In this document: piece after piece, positions 54,792-55,716 of the stretch
How the letters are laid out: every line of letters starts with the position of its first letter
Position numbering within the stretch: position 1 is the first letter of the stretch
From: a virus
Taxonomy: Duplodnaviria > Caudoviricetes
DNA length: 55,716 nt
IMG/VR virus record: IMGVR_UViG_3300025127_000047
Coordinates: 1-55,716 of that record
Strand: one strand, 5' to 3'
Notes under the pieces: model-generated
Database searches by the model: none
What the model saw: the letters and a program-made list of their open reading frames with translations, nothing else
What the model was told of the DNA's origin: nothing
Program-made: the position numbers and the translations under genes

Positions 54792-55005
54792 AAGCACACT
54801 TGAAAACGGAAGCTATAAAAAAGGTGGCAAAACTAAAAGCAAAGTTAATGAAGCTGGTAATTATACTAAACCTAGTTTGCGTAAAAGAATATTTAATAGA
54901 ATAAAAGCAGGTGGTAAAGGTGGTAAGCCCGGTCAATGGTCTGCTCGTAAAGCACAGATGTTAGCAAAAGCTTATAAAAAAGCAGGTGGAGGATATAAAA
55001 ATTAA
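54772..55005 (+). CDS. Small basic protein (NYTKPSLRKR...GGKPGQWSARKAQMLA..YKKAGGGY)
   Basis: ORF track; coupled to neighbours. Confidence 0.7.
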   Translation: MVKQRLRSTLENGSYKKGGKTKSKVNEAGNYTKPSLRKRIFNRIKAGGKGGKPGQWSARKAQMLAKAYKKAGGGYKN

Positions 55006-55679
55006 TGTCTTATCTAATCAGCAACATACCACATTTTAAATGTTGGGTTAGAAAAGAATTTACCGCTAATCACGAACAATATCATGGAGAATATTTACAC
55101 GCTATAGCAATAGCAGTAAATACTATTCCTGACAGGTCTTTATCATTTCAAGTAGTATTTACAGGTTGTGATGAAGATGAAAATGTACATGGTGGAGCTA
55201 TGTGGGCTCGTATGCCAATACAAGCTTTAATAGCAGATATACCTTGTGATACTTGGGGCAAACCAATGGAAGACCATTTAGCACAACCTTGGGATTGCGA
55301 ATCAAGAAATCATTCTGTTGTAGTAATAGACAGAGTAAGTTCTAGTCCTTGGTTATGCAAAATAGATAATGAATTTTATCGTGGTAAATATATGTTTACT
55401 GTAGATTATACAGGCAACTCAATAGCTGATTGTCCTGCACAACATAAACAATCTCATGTGTTATATATAACAGAAGATTGTAAATGGAAAGGTAATTTTG
55501 TAGCACTACCTAATAATAGAGTAAGAGCTACAAGTCCTGCATTATGGGTAACAGGAGAAGGACCACCAGATTTTACACCATCACAGTATCTACATTCTGC
55601 AGAAGGACATGAAAGTTATTTAGACCCTGAAATAACATTTAATAATTTATATAGCGAAGGATTAAACGAGGAAGAATAA
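55005..55679 (+). CDS. Phage hypothetical protein
   Basis: GGAMWARMPI.AL, QPWDC, HKQSHV, ALPNNRVR. Confidence 0.7.
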   Translation: MSYLISNIPHFKCWVRKEFTANHEQYHGEYLHAIAIAVNTIPDRSLSFQVVFTGCDEDENVHGGAMWARMPIQALIADIPCDTWGKPMEDHLAQPWDCESRNHSVVVIDRVSSSPWLCKIDNEFYRGKYMFTVDYTGNSIADCPAQHKQSHVLYITEDCKWKGNFVALPNNRVRATSPALWVTGEGPPDFTPSQYLHSAEGHESYLDPEITFNNLYSEGLNEEE

Positions 55680-55716
55680 TGCCATTAAAAAAATCACAAA
55701 GGTCTTTAAAAGACTG
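55679..55716 (+). CDS. 3'-truncated small protein (MPLKKSQRSLKD...)
   Basis: TAATG coupling; open to the window end. Confidence 0.45.
   Translation, partial: MPLKKSQRSLKD

Overview
AT-rich, gene-dense 55.7 kb piece of a tailed dsDNA bacteriophage. It has a podovirus-type virion module and resembles uncultured aquatic proteobacterial phages; it is probably most of a circularly permuted genome. Plus strand 1-28.1 kb: tail and tail-fibre genes, thermonuclease, a five- to six-gene CsgF-CsgG-curlin-like-FecR-CHASE2/adenylyl cyclase operon abutting the holin/lysozyme genes, tail stabilisation and ejection proteins, and a 2949-aa polyvalent protein (HExxH, ART-like, zeta-like kinase, LPD38-like). 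28.2-35.3 kb: recombination/replication genes (RusA, DUF968, SSB-like, Sak3, PD-(D/E)XK nuclease, primase-helicase). Minus strand 35.3-43.2 kb: early operon (Arc-like repressor, ART-like protein, vWA/DUF3150-like/MoxR trio, small ORFs). It is driven by a sigma70-like promoter at about 43.75 kb, begins with a roughly 430-nt highly base-paired leader RNA, and carries three hammerhead-ribozyme folds, each with a non-standard core. Plus strand 43.9-55.7 kb: TerS, LexA-like DNA-binding protein, TerL, portal, GroES, scaffold, major capsid, head proteins and small basic proteins. No DNA or RNA polymerase, integrase, tRNA or CRISPR array was recognised. All calls come from manual motif and base-pair reading; no searches were run.
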